A stretch of 64,000 nucleotides of DNA from Thermoplasmata archaeon (lineage in GTDB: Archaea; Thermoplasmatota; Thermoplasmata; Lutacidiplasmatales; UBA184): positions 9,828 through 73,827 of the forward strand of contig JAWOKS010000008.1 of NCBI GenBank assembly GCA_033854115.1, given 5' to 3'. The notes under the pieces are model-generated. The model searched no databases. It saw only the letters and a program-made list of their open reading frames with translations, and was not told where the DNA came from. Positions within the stretch are counted from its first letter, which is position 1. Each line of letters opens with the position of its first letter. Of this stretch, positions 35,318 through 43,668 are shown piece by piece. The translations under genes and the position numbers were made by a program.

Positions 35318-36343
35318 ATGCTCGAGCGGTCGGCGGCGGACGCCCTCGATGCCTTCGCGCTCTCTCCGTCGATCGCCGTGGTCGGCCTGGGGGGGGCGGG
35401 GAGCGAGGCCGTCGAGGACCTCGTCACCCTCGGGCTCCCGGGCGCGCGGGCGATCGCGGTCAACACCGACGCGACGCACCTGCGCCGGGTCGGCGTGGAG
35501 GAGCGGATCCTCCTCGGGCGGCGACAGTTCGGCGGCCGCGGGAGCGGCGGGGACCGCGACGCGGTCCTCCTGGCCGCGGAGGAGAGCCGGGAGGAGGTCG
35601 TCCGCCGCCTCGGCCAGTTCGAGCTCGTCTTCCTGCTCGCCGGGCTGGGGGGCGGCACCGGGAGCGCGCTGCTGCCGTTCCTCTCCCGGGAGCTGCGGGA
35701 GACGCCGGCGCTCCCGATCCCCGTCGTCTTCCTTCCGTTCCGCATCGAGCTCGAGGCGAACTCGGGGCTCCGGGCGAACGTCGAGCGGGCGGTCGCCGAG
35801 CTCGAGGAGCTCGGGGGCCTCCTCCTCCCCCTCGCCAACGAGAAGCTCCGCCGGTTCGACACGCTCGCCGTCCACCGCGTCTTCCGGATCCGGAACGCCT
35901 ACCTCCACGGGCTGGTCGCGAGCTTGGTCGACATGGTCGATCACCCGAGCCAGCTCAACGTCGACCTCGCGAGCTTGAAGAGCCACCTGAGCCAGTCGGG
36001 GCTCTCGACCCTCGTCATCGGCGAGCACCACATCAGCGAGCCCGACCGGCTCGTCCGCCAGGCCCTCGCCGATTCGCTCCTCGACTTTCAGCTGCCGGAC
36101 CACCCGACCGCCCTCGTCCATCTCGAGGGAGGCACGAACCTGACGCTCCGCACCCTCGACGAAGTGCTGCGCGAGGTCCGTGCGAGCTTCCGCGACCCCG
36201 AGCGGCTCGTCTTCGGGACCCGCATCCGCCCCGAGCCCCGCGAGGTCGTGCGGCTCACGGCCGTGCTCGGAGGCCTCCGGCCCCGCACCGTCCGGGAGGC
36301 GATCCGGCCCGCGGCCGCGCGCCCCGCCCTACCCGCGCGCTGA
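35318..36343 (+). CDS. Divergent FtsZ/tubulin-superfamily GTPase
   Basis: IAVVGLGGAGSEAV (T1), NTDATHL, GGRGSGGDRD, LLAGLGGGTGSALLP (tubulin signature with the last G changed to A), NVDLASLKS (T7 loop). 341 aa, with no long C-terminal linker. Confidence 0.8.
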   Translation: MLERSAADALDAFALSPSIAVVGLGGAGSEAVEDLVTLGLPGARAIAVNTDATHLRRVGVEERILLGRRQFGGRGSGGDRDAVLLAAEESREEVVRRLGQFELVFLLAGLGGGTGSALLPFLSRELRETPALPIPVVFLPFRIELEANSGLRANVERAVAELEELGGLLLPLANEKLRRFDTLAVHRVFRIRNAYLHGLVASLVDMVDHPSQLNVDLASLKSHLSQSGLSTLVIGEHHISEPDRLVRQALADSLLDFQLPDHPTALVHLEGGTNLTLRTLDEVLREVRASFRDPERLVFGTRIRPEPREVVRLTAVLGGLRPRTVREAIRPAAARPALPAR

Positions 36344-36372
36344 GGAGCGGCCTGCCCGGGAAGGGCGGGACG

Positions 36373-36975
36373 CTAGCCGTGCTCTCGCACGTCGAGCTCA
36401 CGGTGGAAGACGTCGATCACCTGGCTCGTGCGGAGCGACCTCGGCCCGACCGAGACCTTCGGGACCCCGCTCGCGGTGAGGATCGCCGCTTCCTCCGGAG
36501 GCGGGTCGAACGGGTCCGAGACGAACGCGGCCACGTCCAGAGAAGGGGGGTTCCAGGCGGCGAGGGGCGCCCCCTTCTCGGTCAGCCAGACGGCGCCGCT
36601 CTGGCGAAGGAACCCCTCGAGGTAGCGCGGGGGGTCGACGGGGCCGACCCTCAAGCCCGGGGAGGACTCGAAATCGGAGGGGAAGTGGGCGGCCCGGACG
36701 AGGGCGTTCTTGAGGAGGGCCGCGGTCGACCGCTCGTCGGGGTTCAGGTACCGCAGGCGGGCCCCGACCAGCTCGATCCTCCGGGCGGCCGGAGGGGGCT
36801 CGGCCGAGAAGATGATCGCGACCTCGGTGTCCCGTCGCAGATCGTTCGAGAGCGTGAACGCGGTCGAGACCGCGCGGGCGACCTCGTCCATCCGGCCCGC
36901 GCCCCCCGCGAGGTCGTTGAGCGTGAACTCGCCCCTCGGCGGGACCTTGTGGGCGATGAGGAGGAACCGTCGCAT
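36373..36975 (-). CDS. trmY: tRNA (pseudouridine54-N1)-methyltransferase (SPOUT, DUF358)
   Basis: MRRFLLIAHKVPPRGEFTLNDLAGGAGRMDEVARAVSTAFTLSNDLRRDTEV... matches the TrmY N-terminal pattern (F.L.DL.G.aGR.D...R). Confidence 0.8.
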   Translation of the reverse strand: MRRFLLIAHKVPPRGEFTLNDLAGGAGRMDEVARAVSTAFTLSNDLRRDTEVAIIFSAEPPPAARRIELVGARLRYLNPDERSTAALLKNALVRAAHFPSDFESSPGLRVGPVDPPRYLEGFLRQSGAVWLTEKGAPLAAWNPPSLDVAAFVSDPFDPPPEEAAILTASGVPKVSVGPRSLRTSQVIDVFHRELDVREHG

Positions 36976-37028
36976 CGGCCCGCCTCCCGAGGGGTGGCGG
37001 GGGTTAACGGTTCGGGCCGCGGAACGTT

Positions 37029-37700
37029 TCAGTCGGCGGTCGGGCCCGCCCGGCCACGGTGGGTCGGCGGGGCCGCCGGGGCCGCGGGCGAGGGGCTCTG
37101 GCGCCGCTCGAGCCAGATCTCGTCCCCGAGCTCATGGTAGACGGCATGGGCGGGAAGGCCCGTTCCGTGCTCGCCGTGGGGAAGTCGGTAGCCTCCCGAT
37201 CGCTGGGCGTTCGGGGAGTACACGACCTCCTGCTCGCCGGCCTCGGCCATCGCCTCCGACTCCTCGCGGGCGAGCTCGAAGATGCGGTCCTTGCGGAACA
37301 TCCAGTAGTGGATCCGCCACTCGCGGCCATCGTAGAGGGTCGTCTCGTCGCGCTCGGTCTCGAGGATCCCGGTGTCCTCGAGCATGTAGAACGTGTCGCG
37401 GTCGTCCGGCTCGAGGACGTTGTCGATGATCCGCTCGTTGAAACCGAAGAAGTTGAGGACATGGGCCGCGATCGACCGGGCGTCCTCCGGGCGCATCCCG
37501 TCGTGGCCGACCGACCGGCGGATCGCCTTCGCGAGCGAGTCGAAATCGACCGGCCCGGACGCGGCGGCGAGCGCGGCGTCCTCCGGGATCCCCACGCGGG
37601 TCGTGGTGACGTCAGCCGCAGACCTCAGCGGAAGTGGATTGCGCAGCCGGTAGGCCTTCGACGCCTCCGGCTTGGGCGGGCGCCCCCCCGTGCCCGACAT
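37029..37700 (-). CDS. Conserved hypothetical protein
   Basis: The ATG at 37700 (MSGTGGRPP...) lies 24 nt downstream of the minus-strand TATA TTTATATA. It has a structured core AHVLNFFGFNERIIDNVLEPDDRDTFYMLEDTGILETERDETTLYDGREWRIHYW. The upstream part of track ORF 37029..37943 was rejected. Confidence 0.6.
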   Translation of the reverse strand: MSGTGGRPPKPEASKAYRLRNPLPLRSAADVTTTRVGIPEDAALAAASGPVDFDSLAKAIRRSVGHDGMRPEDARSIAAHVLNFFGFNERIIDNVLEPDDRDTFYMLEDTGILETERDETTLYDGREWRIHYWMFRKDRIFELAREESEAMAEAGEQEVVYSPNAQRSGGYRLPHGEHGTGLPAHAVYHELGDEIWLERRQSPSPAAPAAPPTHRGRAGPTAD

Positions 37701-37724
37701 GCGCGAATCTATCCCGTGGTTCGC

Positions 37725-37732
37725 TATATAAA
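37725..37732 (-). promoter_or_regulatory. TATA box (TTTATATA on the minus strand) for the leaderless gene starting at 37700
   Basis: This is the only AT-rich octamer in the spacer, with 24 nt between the box and the ATG. Confidence 0.5.
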
Positions 37733-37765
37733 CGTTCGCCGAGCGCATCGACCGCGCCGGCCTCT

Positions 37766-38344
37766 TTAGACGGCCGGACGACGGGGGCGAGCGAGGCGCT
37801 GGAAGGTCTCGACCGTCGGGCGCCACTCTTCCTCCTCGAGACGGCGCTCGACGTCCGCGAGATCGCCGAGGTCCCGCGGAAGAGGGACGAAGGAGCGGGC
37901 GAGGTAGACGTGGGCGAACGGGCTCCCCGGCGGCCCCTCCCACGCCTTCCCGGCCGCCTCCGCGGCCCGGAAGGCGTAGTACTCGGGGGCGGGGGTGAAC
38001 CAGACGATCGCGTCGTCGGTCCCCCTGAGCCGCGGTCCCCGCGCGTGGACCCGGAGCTCGAGATGCTGGGCCACCTGGGTCGGCAGCGTGAACAGAAGGC
38101 GCTCCCCTGGCCGCGAGGTCGCAAGGAGCCGGCCCCGGACCGTCTCGACGGCGAGCGCCTCGCGCGCGGGGTGGGTCGGGACGATGCGGGCGATCCCGCG
38201 TCCCCGTGCGAGGAACGAGACCGACCGTCCCGCGAGCTCGCCTGGATGGGCCCGGGGGTCGAACCGCAGCATCTGGGCGACCTCGGTGGGGATCATCAGG
38301 GTGAGCCAGGAGGGGTGGGTCGCGCGGACGATCACATACTCCAT
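37766..38344 (-). CDS. Hypothetical protein with two AbrB-like pseudo-repeats
   Basis: 192 aa. LTLMIPTEVAQMLRF and LLFTLPTQVAQHLEL are internal repeats of the xIP.eva..L type. A minus-strand TTCTTATA element (38368-38375) lies 23 nt upstream of the ATG. Confidence 0.55.
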   Translation of the reverse strand: MEYVIVRATHPSWLTLMIPTEVAQMLRFDPRAHPGELAGRSVSFLARGRGIARIVPTHPAREALAVETVRGRLLATSRPGERLLFTLPTQVAQHLELRVHARGPRLRGTDDAIVWFTPAPEYYAFRAAEAAGKAWEGPPGSPFAHVYLARSFVPLPRDLGDLADVERRLEEEEWRPTVETFQRLARPRRPAV

Positions 38345-38464
38345 CGGAGGTCGGACGTCGGGGCCGGTATAAGAAATCTGTTTGCAGCGTTCACTCTCGC
38401 GCCGGTCCCCGTTGTCCCGGTCCGCCGGATCGGGCCGGCGGCCCGTCCGGCGCGTACGCCTCGG

Positions 38465-38695
38465 CTATCGTCGTCCGCCGGAGCCCAAGAGGAGGCCGCC
38501 GGACCAGATCGCCACGACCCCGACCGCGGCAAGAGCGACCGTCCGCTCGAGCGTGGAGGCCGAGGTCGGGAGTGCGCCGCCCAACACGAACAGGCCGACC
38601 AGCGTAAGGAATAGTCCGAGCCCGACCTTCCCCCGGCGCGAGAGGCGGGGCTTCCGGAGGGGACGGTCGGGGGCCGCCGGCGGCCCTTCGTTCAC
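38465..38695 (-). CDS. Small 2-TM membrane protein (hypothetical)
   Basis: 76-aa ORF with a basic N-terminus followed by two hydrophobic helices. Confidence 0.35.
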   Translation of the reverse strand: MNEGPPAAPDRPLRKPRLSRRGKVGLGLFLTLVGLFVLGGALPTSASTLERTVALAAVGVVAIWSGGLLLGSGGRR

Positions 38696-38743
38696 GGCCG
38701 AACCGGCCCCGGCCCCGAGATAACCGTGGCGGGGCCCCCCCGC

Positions 38744-40072
38744 CTAGGGGTCGGGAAGCTCCTCCCCGTCGCCGAAGGTGGACGGCGGCAGCGAGGCGGC
38801 GAGCCAGGGCCGGAGGCCGGCGTCCGCGGGGGACCTCGAGGGGGCGGCGACGGACCGGACGAACGGCCGGGCCCCGATCGGGGAGAGGAACGTCGTGACG
38901 AGGCCGACCCCCGCGACGACCGTGAAGATCGTCTCGTCGAAGACGCCGAGGTCGAGGAGGATGAACGCCATCGCGAGCTCGACCGCGCCCCGGCTCGCGA
39001 CGAGGAAGCCGGCGCCGAGGGCGTCCCCCGGGGCCCAGCCGAGCGACCGGGTGAGGAGGCTCCCGACCGCGACCTTGGAGAGGAACGCGAAGACGCAGAG
39101 CGCCGCGAAGGTGGCGAGGACCGCCTCGGAGGTGACGAGCAGCCGGAGGTTCATCCCGAAGCCGACGAGCGCGAAGAACAGGGGAATGAAGAATCCCCAC
39201 GTCACCGCGTCGAAGATCCGCGTGATGTCGCGGTGCTCGCGCGCGCCCGCGCTCTCGGGGGTCACGAGGAGCCCCGCGTAGAACGCCCCCACGAGGAACG
39301 TGAGGCCGAGCGCCTGGGAGTAGAGGGCCGCCGCGAGCGAGCCGACCATGAGGAGGGCGAACCCGGCCTCCTTCGAGCGCCACGACCCGCGGACCCCGGC
39401 GACCATCCGCCCCCAGAGCTGCTGCACGCGCAGGCTGCGGAGCCCGAAGTGGACCGCGAGGATCGAGGAGAGAAAGACGCCGACCGTGAGCAGCGCGATC
39501 GTGCTGTCGAGCCAGACGCTGTAGGTCCCTGTGCGGAGCCGGAGGAGGACCGAGAACGTCGTCACGGCCGCGAGCTCGTTCAAGAGGGCGCTGTTCAGCA
39601 GGAAGGTGCCGAAGCGGCTGTCCATCAGCCGGAACTCGTGCAGCATCACCCCGAGGACCGGGAGGGCGGTGATCGAGATCGTGAGCGAGATGAACAGCGT
39701 GGTCGACCAGGCGAGCGCGGGGTAGAGGAGGCGGACGACCTCGGCGCCGGCGAGGAACGGCACGACGAACATCGTGACGCCGAGCAGGGCGGCGGGGACG
39801 CCGGTCGCGTAGATCTGCTCGGGGGTGACCGCGAGCCCGGCCGTCATGAGGACGAAGAACGTCGCGAGGATCTCGAGCCCGGTGAACTCGGTGCTCACGC
39901 CCGAGAGGCCGAGGAACGGTCCGAGGAGCGTCGGCCCGAAAACCACCCCGACCGCGAGCTGGCCGACGAGCGCCGCCTGGCCGAGACGGCTCACGAGCTC
40001 CCCGACCGCGACCGCGCAGGCGACGAGCAGGAACAGCCCGACGATGAACAACGTGGTCGGGTCCATGGTCAC
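38744..40072 (-). CDS. Cation:proton antiporter (CPA2 / Kef-NapA type)
   Basis: 442 aa, about 12 TM, with a sodium/hydrogen-exchanger-family pattern throughout (GQLAVGVVFGPTLLG...). Confidence 0.85.
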   Translation of the reverse strand: MTMDPTTLFIVGLFLLVACAVAVGELVSRLGQAALVGQLAVGVVFGPTLLGPFLGLSGVSTEFTGLEILATFFVLMTAGLAVTPEQIYATGVPAALLGVTMFVVPFLAGAEVVRLLYPALAWSTTLFISLTISITALPVLGVMLHEFRLMDSRFGTFLLNSALLNELAAVTTFSVLLRLRTGTYSVWLDSTIALLTVGVFLSSILAVHFGLRSLRVQQLWGRMVAGVRGSWRSKEAGFALLMVGSLAAALYSQALGLTFLVGAFYAGLLVTPESAGAREHRDITRIFDAVTWGFFIPLFFALVGFGMNLRLLVTSEAVLATFAALCVFAFLSKVAVGSLLTRSLGWAPGDALGAGFLVASRGAVELAMAFILLDLGVFDETIFTVVAGVGLVTTFLSPIGARPFVRSVAAPSRSPADAGLRPWLAASLPPSTFGDGEELPDP

Positions 40073-40227
40073 TCCTCCTCCGTTCCCTCGTCCTCAGGTC
40101 CCGCGACCGGGCGCGCGCCGGTCCGGGGGCCCCGCGTCCGCGGGCTCCCGGCCTCGCGCTCCATAACTACCTTTGTCCGGAAGGGCGACGCCCTTGCGCT
40201 CTTCAAGGGTCCGGCCCTGGGGCGGTC

Positions 40228-40704
40228 ATGCCCCTTCGCGGGAGCGGAAGGCGGCGCGCCGCGCCTCCGCGCGAGGAGGCGGCCGAGCGCGCCCGGCGAC
40301 GCCTCCGGGCCGTCGAAGAGCCGCTCGACGTCCGGGTCCGGCGTCGTGAGCCCTACCTCGAGCTCGAAGTGCGCAACCCCGTGCATCGCACGAGCTACCG
40401 CGTGCTCCTGCCGGCGTTCCCTTCCCGCGAGGCGGTCCTCTGCACCTGTCCCGATTTTGCCCGGCGGGGGCTCGGAACGTGCAAGCACGCTGAGGCCGCC
40501 TGGGGCTGGCTCGAGCTTCACCCCGACCTTCCCGGAGGGACCGACCTGGGGCGTCGGACGCGACCGCTCGACGCGCTTTGGGCCTCGATCGACCGGAGGC
40601 TCGACGAGCTCCGGGCGACGTCCGAGCCCGACATCCGGGCCGTAGAACGGCCGGGGGCGGTGCTGTTCGAAGAGGCGGACGGGGCCGACGCCGGACGGGC
40701 GTAG
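40228..40704 (+). CDS. SWIM zinc-finger protein
   Basis: CTCPDFARRGLGTCKHAEAA is a CxCx(n)CxH SWIM motif in a 158-aa Arg-rich protein. Confidence 0.65.
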   Translation: MPLRGSGRRRAAPPREEAAERARRRLRAVEEPLDVRVRRREPYLELEVRNPVHRTSYRVLLPAFPSREAVLCTCPDFARRGLGTCKHAEAAWGWLELHPDLPGGTDLGRRTRPLDALWASIDRRLDELRATSEPDIRAVERPGAVLFEEADGADAGRA

Positions 40705-40742
40705 CCTCTCGACCGCCGCTCGCCGAGCGGGGGACCGGCGCC

Positions 40743-42452
40743 CTAGGACGTCATCCCGGGCGCCTGCTTGAGCGCCCGGATTTTGTAGTACTCAGGGTCG
40801 ACGGTGACCTCGCCGTTGATCCCCATCGTCTCGATCGTCTTCAGGGGGACGCCCACCTGCGACTTCGCCCGCTGCCAGTCGGGGATCGGGATCGAGAACT
40901 TCTTCTCGACCTCCGTCCGGTAGATCGGACCGGAGTTGTACGAGCAGAACGGGATGATCCGCCCGTCGGGCACCGCGTAGTGGATGTCGCAGCGCATCAG
41001 GCGCTGGATGTCGTAGTCGTAGGCGTCCTGGAAGTGCATGTTGCCGATGTAGAGCGTCCGCCACGTGAACTTCGCGACGGCCTCCTTGTTGCCTTCCGTG
41101 AAGATCGCCGCGATGATGCGGACAACGTTCTTCTCGGTGACCCCCTCGGGCGCCTTCGAGAAGTCGAAGTACTTCGCGACATCGTGCAGGAGCCGCGCCC
41201 CGGCGACCGCCGTCCGGACACGGGCGAACCGGGCGTCCCGGTACTTCTCGATCATCGACTCGACGTTCTCGAAGAAGCCGTCGACGTCCATGAACCGCGG
41301 GAGCGGCGTGATCGTCTGCCCGTCCTTCGAGACGAACGCGAACGTCGCGCAGCCGCAGCCCGGGTGCGTCGTGAGCGTCATCTTCTCCTCGCCGTGGATG
41401 ATCGATGCGAGCTCCGAGATCGGCGCGACCGACGGCACAGGGAAGAAGTCGGACTTGTCGAACGGTCCGTCGGTGCAGAGGATCCGGACGAGGTCGGACT
41501 GGGTGAACCGCATCTGGAAGCGGTCCTTGTCCGGGATACGGGCGGTGAGCGCCACCGGCTGGAAGTTGACGCCGCGGACGACGTCGATGTTGTCGATCGC
41601 GAACTTCACGGTCGGCCAGATCTCCTTCTCGTTGAACCCGCCGACCAGCGTCGGGACGAGGACGACCGAGAGCGGCTTGTCCGGCTTCCCCGCGGCGAGG
41701 TCGGCCGCGGGCGAGTGGGTCTCCCGCGCCGCCTGGATCGCCTTCTGCTTCACCTTGAGGAGCGGAACCCCGCGCACCTTGCGGTAGATCTCGTCGTCCA
41801 GGCCGTCGAACTGAAGGTAGAGGGTGTGGAGGCCCGCGTCGCGGGAGGCCTGCGCGAAGCCGGGCTCGTTCGCGACACGGATCCCGTTCGTCGCGACCTG
41901 GATCTGCTTGAAGCCGAGGTCGCGGGACATGCTGACCGCGTCAAGGAAGAGCGGCGAGAGCGTCGGCTCCCCACCGGAGAACTGGACCGCCACGGTGCCG
42001 ACCGGCTTCTGTTCGCGCAGCGTCTTCAGCATGAAGTAGATCTGCTCGCGGGTCGGTTCGAAGACGTAGCCCGCGGCGTTCGCGTTGGCGAAGCAGACCG
42101 GGCACTTCAGATTGCAGCGGTTCGTGAGGTCGACGAGCGCGAGCCCCGTGTGCGACTTGTGGTGGCTGCACATTCCGCAGGTCGTCGGGCAGCCGATGAA
42201 CTTGTCGTAGTACGGGTTCTCGTAGCCAACCCCGTCGTGGGCGTAGACCTCCATCCGGAGGTAGAAGTCGACGTCGTTCGAGATGATGTCCCAGAAGTAG
42301 CCGTGGGTGCGGCACGTCTTCTCCATGATGACGCGCCCCTCCTTCTCACGGACGATTGCCGGGATGACCTTGATGCACTCCGGGCAGACGGATGCGGTCT
42401 TCCGGGGGAGACCCCGGGGGGCCTGGAACTCCTTCATTACGCGCGCCGGCAT
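40743..42452 (-). CDS. Radical SAM protein of the MJ0619 / tetraether-lipid-synthase (Tes, GDGT-MAS) type
   Basis: N-terminal Cys/His knuckle SVCPECIK...CRTHGYF. Radical SAM motif TNRCNLKCPVCF (CxxxCxxC). Followed by QFSGGEPTL. The ATG at 42452 (MPARVMKEF) is preceded by GGAGGAAGG at -8; the longer track start at 42530 was rejected. Confidence 0.75.
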   Translation of the reverse strand: MPARVMKEFQAPRGLPRKTASVCPECIKVIPAIVREKEGRVIMEKTCRTHGYFWDIISNDVDFYLRMEVYAHDGVGYENPYYDKFIGCPTTCGMCSHHKSHTGLALVDLTNRCNLKCPVCFANANAAGYVFEPTREQIYFMLKTLREQKPVGTVAVQFSGGEPTLSPLFLDAVSMSRDLGFKQIQVATNGIRVANEPGFAQASRDAGLHTLYLQFDGLDDEIYRKVRGVPLLKVKQKAIQAARETHSPAADLAAGKPDKPLSVVLVPTLVGGFNEKEIWPTVKFAIDNIDVVRGVNFQPVALTARIPDKDRFQMRFTQSDLVRILCTDGPFDKSDFFPVPSVAPISELASIIHGEEKMTLTTHPGCGCATFAFVSKDGQTITPLPRFMDVDGFFENVESMIEKYRDARFARVRTAVAGARLLHDVAKYFDFSKAPEGVTEKNVVRIIAAIFTEGNKEAVAKFTWRTLYIGNMHFQDAYDYDIQRLMRCDIHYAVPDGRIIPFCSYNSGPIYRTEVEKKFSIPIPDWQRAKSQVGVPLKTIETMGINGEVTVDPEYYKIRALKQAPGMTS

Positions 42453-42690
42453 TGCTTCCTTCCTCCGTCTTCGGCCCTGCTCTGCAGCTTGGGCCTGCCT
42501 CGACCACCGATCCTGTCGTACATAACCCATCTGTCGTTCTTGTCGCTACAGTCTCGGCATCCCATGACGGACAATCGCACGGTTCCGCTCGCTACAACGC
42601 TGCCGAAGGGGAGCCGCTGGACGCGGCCGAGGGGGCGGGACCGTCTCCGGTCCATGGTACCTTAAGGCCCACGGCGTGTCGCTAGGGACC

Positions 42691-43290
42691 ATGCCCAAGA
42701 GGGCGGCGAAGTCGCGCCGTGGTTCGGGCCACAAGAAGCGCGGGTCGACCGGCCGTCGTCCGGCCCGGTCGTCGGTCCCCCGATTCGTTGGCCGAGATCC
42801 CTCCCCGGTTCTGGACCGATATCCCCCGAAGGCCACGGCGGGACCCCCTCCCCGGGCGTCGCCCTCGGCTTCCGCCCCTCCTACGCCATCGGCCCCTTCT
42901 TCCCCCTCCGTCCGCGGAAGCGGTTCCGGGACAGTGGCCGGCCCGGCGCCCTCGCCGGGGGCACCCCCGCCGGCGACGCCCCCGGCAGGGCTGATCCGAC
43001 TGGACCGACCGTTCGATGTGGACGAGTTCGCTCAGATGCTCGGGGAGACCTCGATCCGGGTCCGCGTGCCGCGCGACAGCCTCGCGGAGGTCCTCCGGCG
43101 GGTCACCGACTTCATGGGGTTCGGGATCTACGTCTATGCGATCACCATCCGGCCTGCCCCTTCCGAGCTGCTCAAGGAGTTCATCGTGGAGCTCCAGCGG
43201 ATGGACTACTCGCCCGAGCAGGGGACCTGGAGCCCCTTCGTGGAGAAGGGTACTTCGGATTCGCCCTTCGGGTCGACCTCGTCGGGATAG
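42691..43290 (+). CDS. Hypothetical protein (disordered basic/Pro-rich N-half, ~90-aa folded C-domain)
   Basis: The ATG at 42691 lies 25-30 nt downstream of the AT-containing palindrome cluster at 42652-42667 (a TATA surrogate). No family recognised. Confidence 0.45.
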   Translation: MPKRAAKSRRGSGHKKRGSTGRRPARSSVPRFVGRDPSPVLDRYPPKATAGPPPRASPSASAPPTPSAPSSPSVRGSGSGTVAGPAPSPGAPPPATPPAGLIRLDRPFDVDEFAQMLGETSIRVRVPRDSLAEVLRRVTDFMGFGIYVYAITIRPAPSELLKEFIVELQRMDYSPEQGTWSPFVEKGTSDSPFGSTSSG

Positions 43291-43354
43291 ACCGGTCGCA
43301 CGGCCCCCCCTCCGCGGTTCATGGAACTGTTTCGCCACGTGCTAATCTAGGCCC

Positions 43355-43597
43355 GTGCGCTGGTCTGGGGGAGGGAACATGACGATCTCCGGGACGTCCG
43401 ATCACTGGGAGGTGGAGATGAAAGCGCTCCGCGAGGAACTTCGTGAGCTTCGGGCGGAGCAGCGTGAGATGGCGAACGCGATCCAGGAGCTCGTCACCAC
43501 CTTCCGGACCCTCGCCACCCATCTCGGGATCGCTTCCGAGCCTTACCAGCCGAAATCCGGCGGTTCGAAGGGGCGGGACCTCCCGGGGTTCGCCTAG
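43355..43597 (+). CDS. Small coiled-coil protein (hypothetical)
   Basis: 80-aa ORF with the heptad-like stretch EMKALREELRELRAEQREMANAIQELVTTFRTL. An alternative ATG lies at 43379. Confidence 0.4.
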   Translation: MRWSGGGNMTISGTSDHWEVEMKALREELRELRAEQREMANAIQELVTTFRTLATHLGIASEPYQPKSGGSKGRDLPGFA

Positions 43598-43668
43598 GGC
43601 TGCTTCGCGCCCGGTAGTTCGGAATCCCCATCTCGCGAGAACGTCGAAGGGACCCGAGCGCAGGGGCA

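Noticed and set aside
40578-42665. 695-aa plus-strand ORF, and similar large ORFs at 11182..13392, 12647..14242, 22068..23411, 23165..24862, 47347..49626 and 14673..16040
   Set aside because: Each is antisense or off-frame to a gene with strong family motifs (radical SAM, thiolase-like/OTC, DnaJ, uS13, the 524-aa ORF, EF-1alpha). All have the same Arg/Asp/Glu/Gly/Pro-rich composition.
42652-42667. CCATGGTACCTTAAGG, which looks like a cloning polylinker (NcoI-KpnI-AflII)
   Set aside because: It is a single short occurrence with native-looking flanks on both sides and sensible promoter spacing to ATG 42691. There is no other vector-like sequence, so contamination is unlikely.
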